A stretch of 54,445 bases of DNA. Origin: Bacteroidota bacterium (GTDB taxonomy: Bacteria; Bacteroidota; Bacteroidia; Bacteroidales; VadinHA17). The translations under genes and the position numbers were made by a program. Positions 20,005-29,545 of this stretch are shown here, one piece after another; position 1 is the first letter of the stretch; each line of letters opens with the position of its first letter. The notes under the pieces are model-generated. The model worked only from the letters and a program-made list of their open reading frames with translations, was not told the origin of the DNA and did not search any database. Where the stretch lies: contig JAUXED010000003.1 in the NCBI GenBank assembly GCA_030618105.1, forward strand, positions 1-54,445, given 5' to 3'.

Positions 20005-21126
20005 ATGGCTAAATACATTGGTGTTCTTACTTCCGGCGGTGATTCACCTGGCTTAAATGCTGCTATCCGCGGTATAGGAAAAGCTGCACTGGGCGATTAC
20101 GATATGCAGATAATCGGATTTCATGATGGTTTCAGAGGACTTATGGAAAACAGGGCGATAGTACTTGATAGCAGTAAATTATCAGGGATCATTACCCTGG
20201 GTGGCACTTTACTGGGAACAAGCCGTGATAAACCTCATAAGATGAATATTGGAGGGAAACTGATGGATATGACAGATGTTATTGTTGAAAATTTCCACTA
20301 TCATCATCTCGATGCTCTTGTTTGTCTGGGTGGAGGAGGTACGCAGAAGAATGCCTTTAAACTGGTAGAAAAAGGTCTTAATATTATTACATTACCAAAA
20401 ACAATTGATAATGATATTGCCTGTACTGATACTACTATAGGATTTGATACAGCTCTTGGAATTGCTGTTAATGCAATTGACCGGTTGCACAGTACGGCTC
20501 ATAGTCATCACAGAATTATTGTAGTTGAAATAATGGGTCACCGGACCGGTTGGCTGGCTCTTGGTGCAGGGGTGTCAGGTGGCGCTGATGTAATCCTTAT
20601 TCCCGAGATACCTTACAATATTGATAATGTAGCTGAATCAATACTTGAAAGAAGTCGTGGAGGTAAAAATTTCAGTATTGTAGCTGTGGCTGAAGGTGCT
20701 ATTTCACAAAAGGGAATAAAAAAAATAGAGGAAACAAAAAATAAACTTAATGACACAGAAGATAAGAAAGAAATATTGAAACTAAAGGCAAAATTGAAAG
20801 AACTTGATAAGAAATATACCGGAAAAACTACTGACATTGCACGTACCCTTGAAAAAATTACAGGTCTTGAGTCACGACTCACAATCCTTGGACATCTTCA
20901 AAGGGGTGGTACTCCCTCGCCTGCCGACCGGCTTCTTGCCACCAGGCTTGGAACTGCATGTGTTGAATATATTCAGAATGAACAGTTCGGTATAATGGTA
21001 GCGGCTAAAGTAGATGGCGCAGAGGCTGTACCACTTGAGAAAGTAATTGGAATAAGAAAAACTGTTCCTGCTGATCATCCATGGGTAAGAAGTGCCAGGT
21101 GTGTCGGAACATGCCTGGGGGAGTAA
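20005..21126 (+). CDS. pfkA: 6-phosphofructokinase
   Basis: 373 aa. [47 protein letters not shown]. Carries an extra Lys/Glu-rich insertion before LGHLQRGG. Confidence 0.9.
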   Translation: MAKYIGVLTSGGDSPGLNAAIRGIGKAALGDYDMQIIGFHDGFRGLMENRAIVLDSSKLSGIITLGGTLLGTSRDKPHKMNIGGKLMDMTDVIVENFHYHHLDALVCLGGGGTQKNAFKLVEKGLNIITLPKTIDNDIACTDTTIGFDTALGIAVNAIDRLHSTAHSHHRIIVVEIMGHRTGWLALGAGVSGGADVILIPEIPYNIDNVAESILERSRGGKNFSIVAVAEGAISQKGIKKIEETKNKLNDTEDKKEILKLKAKLKELDKKYTGKTTDIARTLEKITGLESRLTILGHLQRGGTPSPADRLLATRLGTACVEYIQNEQFGIMVAAKVDGAEAVPLEKVIGIRKTVPADHPWVRSARCVGTCLGE

Positions 21127-21245
21127 AAGAAGTAAGTAGTATGTAGAATGTAGTATGTAGTAAGAAGAAAGAGGTGAGTTCGGAAGGATGAAGTAAGAAG
21201 TAGCCGGAAGAACCAGTAACCAGTAACCAGTAACCAGTTGAAATG
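21127..21245. repeat. Tandem oligomer arrays downstream of pfkA
   Basis: gtagtatgtagaatgtagtatgtagtaagaag, then ccagtaaccagtaaccagtaaccag. The arrays give rise to several spurious minus-strand ORFs. Confidence 0.75.
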
Positions 21246-21312
21246 AATAGAAATAGCAGACAAAGCTTTGGTGAAACAACACAAATTTCCGTTTTATAAA
21301 AATACATCACAA

Positions 21313-22860
21313 ATGAAAATTATTAATTCAATACTTCTAATTGTTATGTTTTCAATTTTTTCCCAATCATCATGCAATTCGCAAGAAAAAAACAGCGAAG
21401 ATCAATCAGGTCAGAAATTAATTAACCGGAGGCCGGTAGTTGCAGGTCAGTTTTATCCTGGTAACAAGAAAGATCTGGAGAAAATGCTGGAAGAATTTTT
21501 CAGCAAAGCAACTCCCGGAGTGAGTAAAGAGCAGGTTGCTGCAATCCTCTCCCCTCACGCCGGTTACGTGTTTTCCGGTGAAGTGGCAGCAAACTCATTT
21601 AAGCAACTTGATCGGGATAAAAAGTATAAAAATATATTTATTATCGGTTCAAGCCACAGAACCATGTTTAGTGGTGCATCAATTTATAATATTGGTAATT
21701 ACATTACCCCTTTAGGTGAAGTAAAGGTTGATATACCATTAGCAACCAAATTAATAAATGGCTACGATGTTTTCTCTTTTAATGGGAATGCCCACCTGGG
21801 TGAACATAGTCTGGAGGTACAGCTACCATTTCTGCAGTATTGGCTGAACAACAAATTTTCCATAGTTCCTATCGTGCTGGGGACTCAAGCTCCCAAAACG
21901 GTAGAAAAAATTGCTAGTGCTCTAAAGCCTTACTTTACAAACGAAAACCTATTTGTTATCAGTACTGACTTTTCACATTATCCCTCACAGAAAAACGCTG
22001 TAAAAATTGATAATAGAACTGCTGATGCTGTAGTATCCAACTCACCACGGGAACTTCTCAAAACAATTGGTAAACTTGAAGCAGAAGGTATAGAAAACCT
22101 TGCTACCTGTATGTGTGGTTGGACATCTGTACTAACATTAATGTATATGACTGAAGAAGATAAAAATATAACATACCATAAGGTTAAATACATGAATTCC
22201 GGGGATACTCCTTATGGCGATTCCTTGCGTGTGGTAGGATATTGGTCAATTAGTGTTACAAACAGCGAAACAAAAAAGGGGAAAATAGGTTTTTCTCTTG
22301 ATAAAAAAGACAAAGTTGAACTGTTAAAAATTGCCCGTAATACAATTGAAACTTTTATCAAAGAAGGAAAAATCATAAATATCGATGATAAAGGATTTTC
22401 CAATATGCTTCATACCCCTACCGGAGCATTTGTTACCCTTCACTCAAGCGATGGTAAGCTAAGAGGATGTATAGGACAGTTTGATGCTAAAATACCCTTG
22501 TATAAAGTGATTTCTGAAATGGCAATTACCGCTTCATCCAGGGATCACAGGTTTAAACCGGTTACACCTGATGAACTGGCAGGTATTGAACTGGAGATAT
22601 CTGTTCTTACTCCAATGAAAAAGATTCAATCAATTGATGAAATAACTCTTGGAAAACATGGTATCTATATTGTAAAAAATGACAAATCAGGCACTTTCCT
22701 TCCACAGGTTGCTAGTGAATTTGGTTGGACAAAAGAGGAATTCGTCGGTCGCTGTTCCAGGGATAAAGCACGGATTGGCTGGGATGGCTGGAAAGATGCT
22801 GATGTTTATATCTATGAAGCTATTGTATTCTCAGAAAATGAAGAAGTAGGAAGTAAGTAG
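21313..22860 (+). CDS. Fused Memo-family / AMMECR1-domain protein with lipoprotein-type signal (AmmeMemoRadiSam proteins B+A)
   Basis: Memo half: AGQFYPG, ILSPHAGYVFSG, ISTDFSHYP, MCGW. AMMECR1 half: GAFVTLH...LRGCIGQF. I place the start at MKIINSILLIVMFSIFSQSSC (21313) rather than at the ORF-track start 21268. Confidence 0.88.
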   Translation: MKIINSILLIVMFSIFSQSSCNSQEKNSEDQSGQKLINRRPVVAGQFYPGNKKDLEKMLEEFFSKATPGVSKEQVAAILSPHAGYVFSGEVAANSFKQLDRDKKYKNIFIIGSSHRTMFSGASIYNIGNYITPLGEVKVDIPLATKLINGYDVFSFNGNAHLGEHSLEVQLPFLQYWLNNKFSIVPIVLGTQAPKTVEKIASALKPYFTNENLFVISTDFSHYPSQKNAVKIDNRTADAVVSNSPRELLKTIGKLEAEGIENLATCMCGWTSVLTLMYMTEEDKNITYHKVKYMNSGDTPYGDSLRVVGYWSISVTNSETKKGKIGFSLDKKDKVELLKIARNTIETFIKEGKIINIDDKGFSNMLHTPTGAFVTLHSSDGKLRGCIGQFDAKIPLYKVISEMAITASSRDHRFKPVTPDELAGIELEISVLTPMKKIQSIDEITLGKHGIYIVKNDKSGTFLPQVASEFGWTKEEFVGRCSRDKARIGWDGWKDADVYIYEAIVFSENEEVGSK

Positions 22861-23009
22861 TAAGAAGTAAGTAGAAGCGAGCGGTAAGTGATTTTAATTA
22901 TTTATTGAATATCGAACACCCCCGCCCGGATGAACATTCGTTCGGACAGGGATTAACGATTTTTGATTTAAGAATTACTTCTAAATTCATTGTTCTTTGT
23001 TCGATATTC
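22861..23009. repeat. gtaagta-type array plus an inverted-repeat-bounded element with a GC-rich core
   Basis: taagaagtaagtagaagcgagcggtaagtg. The inverted repeat gaatatcgaaca (22907-22918) / tgttcgatattc (22998-23009) encloses cccccgcccggatgaacattcgttcggacaggg. The element is related to 5527-5632. Confidence 0.6.
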
Positions 23010-23038
23010 GTTATTCAAATAAATCTTTTTTGTTAAAA

Positions 23039-25549
23039 ATGGCCACCCCCTACCCTCTTATACCAATTGGAATTATCGCCTTGATATTGTATCTGTTAAG
23101 TTTTATTATATCAAGAATAGGTTTAATCAGAACTGTTACTCACAGGAAGATATGGAATGTTCTGCTGGGTTTGTCGTTTTTTGGTACTGCTTTCCTTGGT
23201 ATTATCATGGCTGTCCGGATCAATTACAAACTGGATATTCCATGGGTTGATCAAATATCCATACTCCATGTTGATTTTGGAATAAGCATGGTGATGATAG
23301 CAATATTTCACTTCACGTGGCATATTAAATACTATATGGATATTTTCAAGAGAAAAATAAATAAGGCAGAAAAACAGGATGACCTGAAATACAGCAATAA
23401 CTTATGGATTACCGCGACAGGAACTAAAGGTTTTTCTATATCATTAATAGTGTTAGGGATTACCTCGCTGGTAACCCAGGTAATTATCCTCCGGGAGTTT
23501 TTATCTGTTTTTATGGGTAATGAACTGGTAATTGGTATTATCCTTGCAAACTGGATGCTGATTACGGGATTTGGATCATATTTGGGAAGGTTTATGAATC
23601 GAATCAAAGATCCTGTTCGTATATCATTCATTACACAGATCGGTATGGGGATACTCCCATTCCTTACAGTCTTTCTGCTTAATTATTTGAGAAACTCTGT
23701 TTTCTTGCCCGGTAGTCTTGTTGGGGTTTTTGAAATATTTGCCGCATCATTAATCTTGCTACTTCCTTTTTGCTTGCTATCAGGGTTTCTATTTACTTTT
23801 CTTACTTCCGGACTTTCATCTGTTCACAAAAGTAAACGCATTGATATTGCTTATGCACTGGAGTCTTCAGGAAGTCTTATTGGTGGAATATTGTTCAGCT
23901 TTATTCTTGTATTCCTGATAACACCCTTCCAGATACTAACCATTTTGCTTGTTTTGAATCTTTTTATTGCTTTCTGGGTCAATTTACATTACAGGAAAAC
24001 TATTTTAATAATACTATCCCTTATCATAATAATGCTGGTTTCCGGATTTACCTTTCTTACCCCTTTCGACCGGTTTGTTAAAGGTTTTCTCTATCCAAAC
24101 CAGGAGATTATATTCCTGAAAGAAACACCTTATGGAAATCTGGCAGTTACAAAAACCGGTGAACAGCATAATTTCTATGAAAACCAGGTATTATTGTTTA
24201 ATACCTTGAATTTTATTGCCAATGAAGAAGCTGTTCATTATGCAATGGTGCAGCATGAGAACCCGGAAAATATACTTGTGATATCAGGAGGAGTATCAGG
24301 AATAATGCAGGAGATTATGAAATACCCTGCTGTAAAAAAGGTTGATTATGTTGAGATTAATCCCTGGCTGGTAAAGACAGGTGAGAAATATTATGACAAA
24401 CTAAAAGACAATAGAATACATGTCCATAACAAAGATGTCAGGTTGTTTCTTAAAAGTTATCGGGGTCCATATGACATTATTCTGGCAAACCTGCCTCCAC
24501 CATCAACTGCCCATTTGAACAGATATTATTCAATAGAATTTTTTCGCCAGCTTGAATCCTGTTTGTCAAATACAGGTGTCATATCAATTGATCTTCCTTC
24601 CACAGGTAATTATGCAGGTGATGAAGCAAATATTGTAAATTCGTTGATATTCAATACTCTAAAACAAGTTTTTAGAAATGTAATATTGATCCCTGGTGAA
24701 AAAAACTTTTACGTGGCATCAAATAATGTTGTTGGTTTTGATATTACCGGTAAAATTGAAGAAAAGGGTATTGAAAACCGGTACGTTAACCGGTATTATC
24801 TTGACGACAACCTACTTAAAGACCGGAGTAATTTTTTTATGAATCAATTAGATAAAGATGCCGGTATTAACAGGGACTTTGAACCTTCTGCCTATTTTCA
24901 CCAGATATCTTCCTGGCTTAGCTACTATCAGCTTAATATGTGGGTATTTGGCGGAATTGTATTGATAGTGATGCTATTAATAATGAGTCGTTTAAATATT
25001 ATACAGGCAGGCATGTTTACCGGAGGTTTTGCTGCTTCATCATCGGAAGTGATCCTGCTTATTGCTTTTCAGATAATTTATGGGTATGTATACCTTATGT
25101 CCGGTGTTATTATCGCCGTTTTTATGGGTGGTCTTACCCTTGGGGCATTAACCGGTCGCAGAATAATTAAAGCTCCCGGACCGGTAAGTTACAGTTATAA
25201 TCAATTAGCAATCGGGTTATTTGCACTATTATTACCCTTGGTCATTAATGTTGCAAAACCCATTACCGGTCACCCGTTTATTGTTCATTTAATCTTTTTT
25301 ATTCTGATGATTGTCATCTCCTTCCTGGTCGGGACTTTGTTTTCTATGGGCAGCCGTATACAGAAAGGGAATGTTCCTGCTGTTACTTCCGGTATCTATA
25401 GTGCTGATCTGGCAGGTTCAGCATTCGGAGCCCTGATAGTGTCTGCTTTTCTTATACCCCTTATCGGACTGGTTAAAGTTTCAATTATAGTAGGACTGTT
25501 AAATATTTTATTCGCCGGTATAACATGGGTGAACAGGAAGAAGTTGTGA
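23039..25549 (+). CDS. Polytopic membrane protein fused to a spermidine-synthase-like (class I SAM-fold) domain
   Basis: About 836 aa from the ATG at 23039; the ORF track starts at a TTG at 22997. Many TM segments lie on both sides of a soluble domain with NILVISGGVSGIMQE (GxGxG-like) and IILANLPPPSTAHLNRYYSIEFF. Confidence 0.7.
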   Translation: MATPYPLIPIGIIALILYLLSFIISRIGLIRTVTHRKIWNVLLGLSFFGTAFLGIIMAVRINYKLDIPWVDQISILHVDFGISMVMIAIFHFTWHIKYYMDIFKRKINKAEKQDDLKYSNNLWITATGTKGFSISLIVLGITSLVTQVIILREFLSVFMGNELVIGIILANWMLITGFGSYLGRFMNRIKDPVRISFITQIGMGILPFLTVFLLNYLRNSVFLPGSLVGVFEIFAASLILLLPFCLLSGFLFTFLTSGLSSVHKSKRIDIAYALESSGSLIGGILFSFILVFLITPFQILTILLVLNLFIAFWVNLHYRKTILIILSLIIIMLVSGFTFLTPFDRFVKGFLYPNQEIIFLKETPYGNLAVTKTGEQHNFYENQVLLFNTLNFIANEEAVHYAMVQHENPENILVISGGVSGIMQEIMKYPAVKKVDYVEINPWLVKTGEKYYDKLKDNRIHVHNKDVRLFLKSYRGPYDIILANLPPPSTAHLNRYYSIEFFRQLESCLSNTGVISIDLPSTGNYAGDEANIVNSLIFNTLKQVFRNVILIPGEKNFYVASNNVVGFDITGKIEEKGIENRYVNRYYLDDNLLKDRSNFFMNQLDKDAGINRDFEPSAYFHQISSWLSYYQLNMWVFGGIVLIVMLLIMSRLNIIQAGMFTGGFAASSSEVILLIAFQIIYGYVYLMSGVIIAVFMGGLTLGALTGRRIIKAPGPVSYSYNQLAIGLFALLLPLVINVAKPITGHPFIVHLIFFILMIVISFLVGTLFSMGSRIQKGNVPAVTSGIYSADLAGSAFGALIVSAFLIPLIGLVKVSIIVGLLNILFAGITWVNRKKL

Positions 25550-25615
25550 GTAAAGAGCAAAGGGCAAAGAGCAAAGAACTTTTACGCGTATAATTTTTAA
25601 CGTTTAACGTATAGC
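25550..25615. repeat. Tandem oligomer arrays
   Basis: gtaaagagcaaagggcaaagagcaaagaac, then acgcgtataatttttaacgtttaacgtatagc. Confidence 0.7.
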
Positions 25616-25678
25616 TTTTTTTTGTAATTTCATAGATTAATGTGTATTGGATATTTTGAAAAATACGGGAGATAAAGA

Positions 25679-26836
25679 ATGAAAAAACCAGAAAAGAAGA
25701 TCAGTAAAAGACAATTTGTTAAATATACGCTGGCAGGTATAGGTGGCATTGCCTGTGCTCCAATAACCGGTTTGTTTGGGAAAAATCCGGTTTCATTAAT
25801 AGCTAATCCTCCTGAAAAACTGTGGAAATGGAGTCGTGAGGCAATGTATTACACTACCACTCCACGGGGATTAAAATGTTTACGATGCCCTAATGAATGC
25901 ACAATAAAAGAGGGTGAGCTGGGCGATTGTCGCAATCATCTAAACTATAATGGCAAATTATACACTATTGCATATGGAAATCCATGTGCGGTGCATATCG
26001 ACCCGATAGAGAAAAAACCACTAATGCATTTTTTACCAGAGAGCAGTGCTTTCTCAATTGCAACTGCCGGCTGTAATCTTGCATGCCTTAACTGCCAGAA
26101 CTGGTCTATTTCACAGAAAAGTCCGCGTGAAACCCGGAATTTTGACCTGATGCCGGATAAAGTTATTGAAGCGGCTATTGAAAGTAATTGTGAATCAATA
26201 GCATATACTTATTCTGAACCCATTACATTTTATGAATACGCTTACGATACTGCAATATTGGCACGTAATGCCGGAATTAAAAATGTAATGGTTTCAGCAG
26301 GGTATATCAATGAAGAGCCTCTGAGGAAACTTGCTCGTGTAATTGATGCTGCCAATATTGATCTTAAGTCGTTTAAAGACAGTATATATCTGAAGTTAAA
26401 TGCAGGAAAACTTGAAACTATACTCTGTACTCTTAAGATTTTGAATGAGGAGGGTGTATGGTTGGAAATTACAAATCTTATTGTCCCTGGTTGGACCGAT
26501 GATTTTGATATGATAAGGGAAATGTGCGACTGGCTTTATAAAAATGGATTTGCTGATAATCCATTGCATTTCAGCCGTTTTTATCCGTCATATAAACTAA
26601 CACAACTACCTCCTACTCCGCTGTCAACTCTGACTAAGGCAAGGAAAATTGCACTGGATGCAGGAATTAAATATGTTTATATTGGCAATGTTCCGGGAAC
26701 AGAAGCCGAGAATACTTTCTGCTCAAAATGTCATAAAATTCTTATTAAACGGCGTGGTTATATGGTTTTGTCGAATCATATTAAAAACGGAAAGTGCGAG
26801 TATTGCAGTGAACCTGTTGCAGGAGTTTGGGAATAA
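25679..26836 (+). CDS. AmmeMemoRadiSam-system radical SAM enzyme with Tat-like N-terminal signal
   Basis: 385 aa. Radical SAM CxxxCxxC = CNLACLNC. Upstream Cys cluster CLRCPNEC...C. C-terminal CSKCH...CEYC. The N-terminus SKRQFVKYTLAGIGGIACAP resembles a twin-arginine signal (KR variant). Confidence 0.85.
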   Translation: MKKPEKKISKRQFVKYTLAGIGGIACAPITGLFGKNPVSLIANPPEKLWKWSREAMYYTTTPRGLKCLRCPNECTIKEGELGDCRNHLNYNGKLYTIAYGNPCAVHIDPIEKKPLMHFLPESSAFSIATAGCNLACLNCQNWSISQKSPRETRNFDLMPDKVIEAAIESNCESIAYTYSEPITFYEYAYDTAILARNAGIKNVMVSAGYINEEPLRKLARVIDAANIDLKSFKDSIYLKLNAGKLETILCTLKILNEEGVWLEITNLIVPGWTDDFDMIREMCDWLYKNGFADNPLHFSRFYPSYKLTQLPPTPLSTLTKARKIALDAGIKYVYIGNVPGTEAENTFCSKCHKILIKRRGYMVLSNHIKNGKCEYCSEPVAGVWE

Positions 26837-26863
26837 AACATAATTGCTACTTTTGACTTCCTT

Positions 26864-27442
26864 ATGCTGAAGATAAACGATAAATGGACCTTCTTAATAA
26901 ATAACCTGCTTAAAGGGATTTTCTGGCTTGCCTTTATCCTGGTAGTTTTTATTCTGATCAAGAATGAGGTTGATATGAAATCTTCTTCTGTAATAGATTC
27001 AATTCAGGATAAACCAATATTAGTTCTTCTTGTCTATATTTTTTCAGAAGTTGCTTTCGGGATCATCCCTCCGGAGTTTTTCATGATCTGGTCTCTTCAA
27101 TACACTGATCCTTTACAATATGGTTTTATTGTATTATTACTTGCTGTTATCTCCTATATGGCAGGTGTATTAGGTTACTGGATCGGAGTATTCTTTAACA
27201 AGACAAAGTGGTATAAATATCTTCACGAAAAGTTTTTATATAAATACCAGGGAGCAGTAAACCGGTTTGGTATTTATTTAATTGCTGTTGCCAGCATGAC
27301 ACCAATACCTTTCTCCGCTATTTGTATGATAGTTGGGAGTGCCAGGTTTCCATTCCGGAAACTTTTATTATATGGCTGCATAAGATTCCTGAGGTTTGGA
27401 ATATATTCATTTCTTATTTGGCAGGCGAATATGATTGGGTAA
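26864..27442 (+). CDS. Small polytopic membrane protein (YqaA/DedA-VTT-like)
   Basis: 192 aa with 4-5 hydrophobic segments, immediately downstream of the radical SAM gene. The family assignment is tentative. Confidence 0.45.
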   Translation: MLKINDKWTFLINNLLKGIFWLAFILVVFILIKNEVDMKSSSVIDSIQDKPILVLLVYIFSEVAFGIIPPEFFMIWSLQYTDPLQYGFIVLLLAVISYMAGVLGYWIGVFFNKTKWYKYLHEKFLYKYQGAVNRFGIYLIAVASMTPIPFSAICMIVGSARFPFRKLLLYGCIRFLRFGIYSFLIWQANMIG

Positions 27443-27483
27443 TGCAATCTGTTGAGTAGTTGAGTGGTTATAGTCTACCAGCC

Positions 27484-28344
27484 TTATTCTTCATAAAAAA
27501 ACCTGGAAACAAGGGAAACAGGTATCTCTTCAAAATAGCGGTTTGAGGGATGAATATTTTCAGGAGCGTTTGACAGGATTTCGTCAGGTGGTTTTTCCTT
27601 TTCGTTTCTTAACCTGTCAAAAAAAGTTCCGGAAGTTATATCCCGGTCTGTTTTTTTTCTTGAATCAGCAAAAACATAAAGATCTTTTTTAAAGTGTTTG
27701 CATGCAAGTGCAATGAGCATACTGCCTGTTTTATTTACAAAACTATTTTCAAAAATGGCATCTGCTCCCAGTATAGCACAATCAATTGCCGGTATATGTA
27801 AACTAACTGATGAATCGGTTATCAATGTAATATTCAGTTTTTTCCTGGCAAGGAACTTTGCCTGAAGTATACCTTCTTTTACGGGATATGATACAGTTTG
27901 GATAATGTCAGGACAAATATCCTGTTTACATAAAATGCCGAAAACAGATCTGATAGTAAAACTATTACTATGCAAAAGAACTTTTTTATTTTTCAAATCA
28001 AGATTACCAATAACAGACGCTGCTATTCTGTCATTAACATCTTTCCATTTACTTTTGTATGATAACAGGAACTGCGACATTTCTTTCATTATATCATTAG
28101 TCGGGAATCGGTATCCTTCAAGTACTTTCAGCCTGTTATTGAATGCCCTGTAAAAATGAAAATATATTAAAAAACCCGAGAAACCGTCAATTAGCCGGTT
28201 CAGAATATTCTTCAGATCCTGTATAGAATAATTGCCAGCATCATTATGATACTCCTCCAGCAGATCAAGTAGTTTAGCAAGAAGTGCTGATGAGCCTGAA
28301 CGGTTGTCACTCAACAATTTATCTATTTCTTTGTAAAGATTCAT
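27484..28344 (-). CDS. eIF-2B alpha/beta/delta-family (sugar-phosphate isomerase-like) protein
   Basis: 286 aa. The C-terminal ILGADAIFENSFVNKTGSMLIALACKHFKKDLYVFADSRK matches the IF-2B family core pattern. Confidence 0.6.
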   Translation of the reverse strand: MNLYKEIDKLLSDNRSGSSALLAKLLDLLEEYHNDAGNYSIQDLKNILNRLIDGFSGFLIYFHFYRAFNNRLKVLEGYRFPTNDIMKEMSQFLLSYKSKWKDVNDRIAASVIGNLDLKNKKVLLHSNSFTIRSVFGILCKQDICPDIIQTVSYPVKEGILQAKFLARKKLNITLITDSSVSLHIPAIDCAILGADAIFENSFVNKTGSMLIALACKHFKKDLYVFADSRKKTDRDITSGTFFDRLRNEKEKPPDEILSNAPENIHPSNRYFEEIPVSLVSRFFYEE

Positions 28345-28486
28345 ATAATATTTTTCGACATAAATGTATGAATTTAGATTATATCTTTGTATATTCCTGA
28401 AAATATATAATTGTCAGAATTTGTATCAAAATACAATAATAAATAATAATGTTTTTTCAATTCATTAACAATAAAAAACTGCGTAT

Positions 28487-29533
28487 ATGGTTGGAATTAT
28501 CGGATATGGTACACAAATTCCTCGTTATCGCATTAAGGTTGAGGAGATTGCAAAGGTTTGGGGGGCAGATGCAGAAGCTTTAACACAGGGATTGAACCTT
28601 TATGAAAAATCGGTACCTGCACCTGATGAGGATTGTACTACACTTTCAGTTGGTGCTGCAAAAAATGCTCTTGCCAGAGCAGGAATTGATCCGGCATTGA
28701 TCGGTGCGGTATATGTAGGCAGCGAATCTCATCCTTATGCTGTCAAGCCTACAGGGACAATTGTTTCTGAAGCATTGGGTATTTGTCCTTATGTTCACAC
28801 GGCAGATCTTGAATTTTCCTGTAAAGCAGGTACTGAAGGCATGTTCATTGCCTTGCATCTGGTTAAAACCGGTGTAATGAAATGTGCACTGGCAATAGGT
28901 GCTGATACCTCTAAGGGAACTCCCGGAGATGCACTTGAATATTCAGCAAGCGCAGGAGCCGCAGCATTTATTATGGGTACAGAAAATATTGTTGCCGAAT
29001 TATTGGATACTCACTGTTATATGACGGATACTCCTGATTTTTGGAGGCGGGAAAATGCCCGCTATCCTGAACATGGCGGCAGATTTGCCGGTAAACCGGC
29101 ATATCAGAAACATGTTTTTGGTGCTGTAGAGGCAATACTTGAAAAAACAGGAATGAAGCCGAAGGATTTTGACTATCTTATTTTTCATCAGCCAAATGGT
29201 AAATTTCCCGTTCAGACTGCCAAACAGCTTGGCTTCACAGAAGCTCAGTATCGTTATGGTTTGTTAACTCCCACATTAGGGAATACTTATTCGGGCTCCT
29301 CTCCTATGGGGTTGGCTGCTACTTTGGATGAAGCTGGTCCTGATCAGCTTATACTGCTTGTATCATACGGATCAGGTGCCGGAAGTGATGCCTTTGTATT
29401 TCGTACAACAAAACATTTGTTAAAAAACCGGGATATGGCTCCCAGGGTCAGGAAACAATTAAATGAGCATTTAAAATATCTTGAGTATGGTGAGTATGCA
29501 AAATTCAGGGGTAAAATCCTTAAACCGGAATAA
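28487..29533 (+). CDS. Archaeal-type hydroxymethylglutaryl-CoA synthase
   Basis: 348 aa. Short HMGCS form with GSESHPY, catalytic-Cys region LEFSCKAGTEG, HQPNGKF and GNTYSGSSP. Confidence 0.85.
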   Translation: MVGIIGYGTQIPRYRIKVEEIAKVWGADAEALTQGLNLYEKSVPAPDEDCTTLSVGAAKNALARAGIDPALIGAVYVGSESHPYAVKPTGTIVSEALGICPYVHTADLEFSCKAGTEGMFIALHLVKTGVMKCALAIGADTSKGTPGDALEYSASAGAAAFIMGTENIVAELLDTHCYMTDTPDFWRRENARYPEHGGRFAGKPAYQKHVFGAVEAILEKTGMKPKDFDYLIFHQPNGKFPVQTAKQLGFTEAQYRYGLLTPTLGNTYSGSSPMGLAATLDEAGPDQLILLVSYGSGAGSDAFVFRTTKHLLKNRDMAPRVRKQLNEHLKYLEYGEYAKFRGKILKPE

Positions 29534-29545
29534 TAGTAGGTAAAT

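Noticed and set aside
20872-21310. Three overlapping minus-strand ORFs (136, 101 and 69 aa) between pfkA and the Memo fusion gene
   Set aside because: They are generated by the tandem oligomer arrays (translations such as LLVTGYWLLV repeat) and overlap the pfkA 3' end. They are not credible genes.
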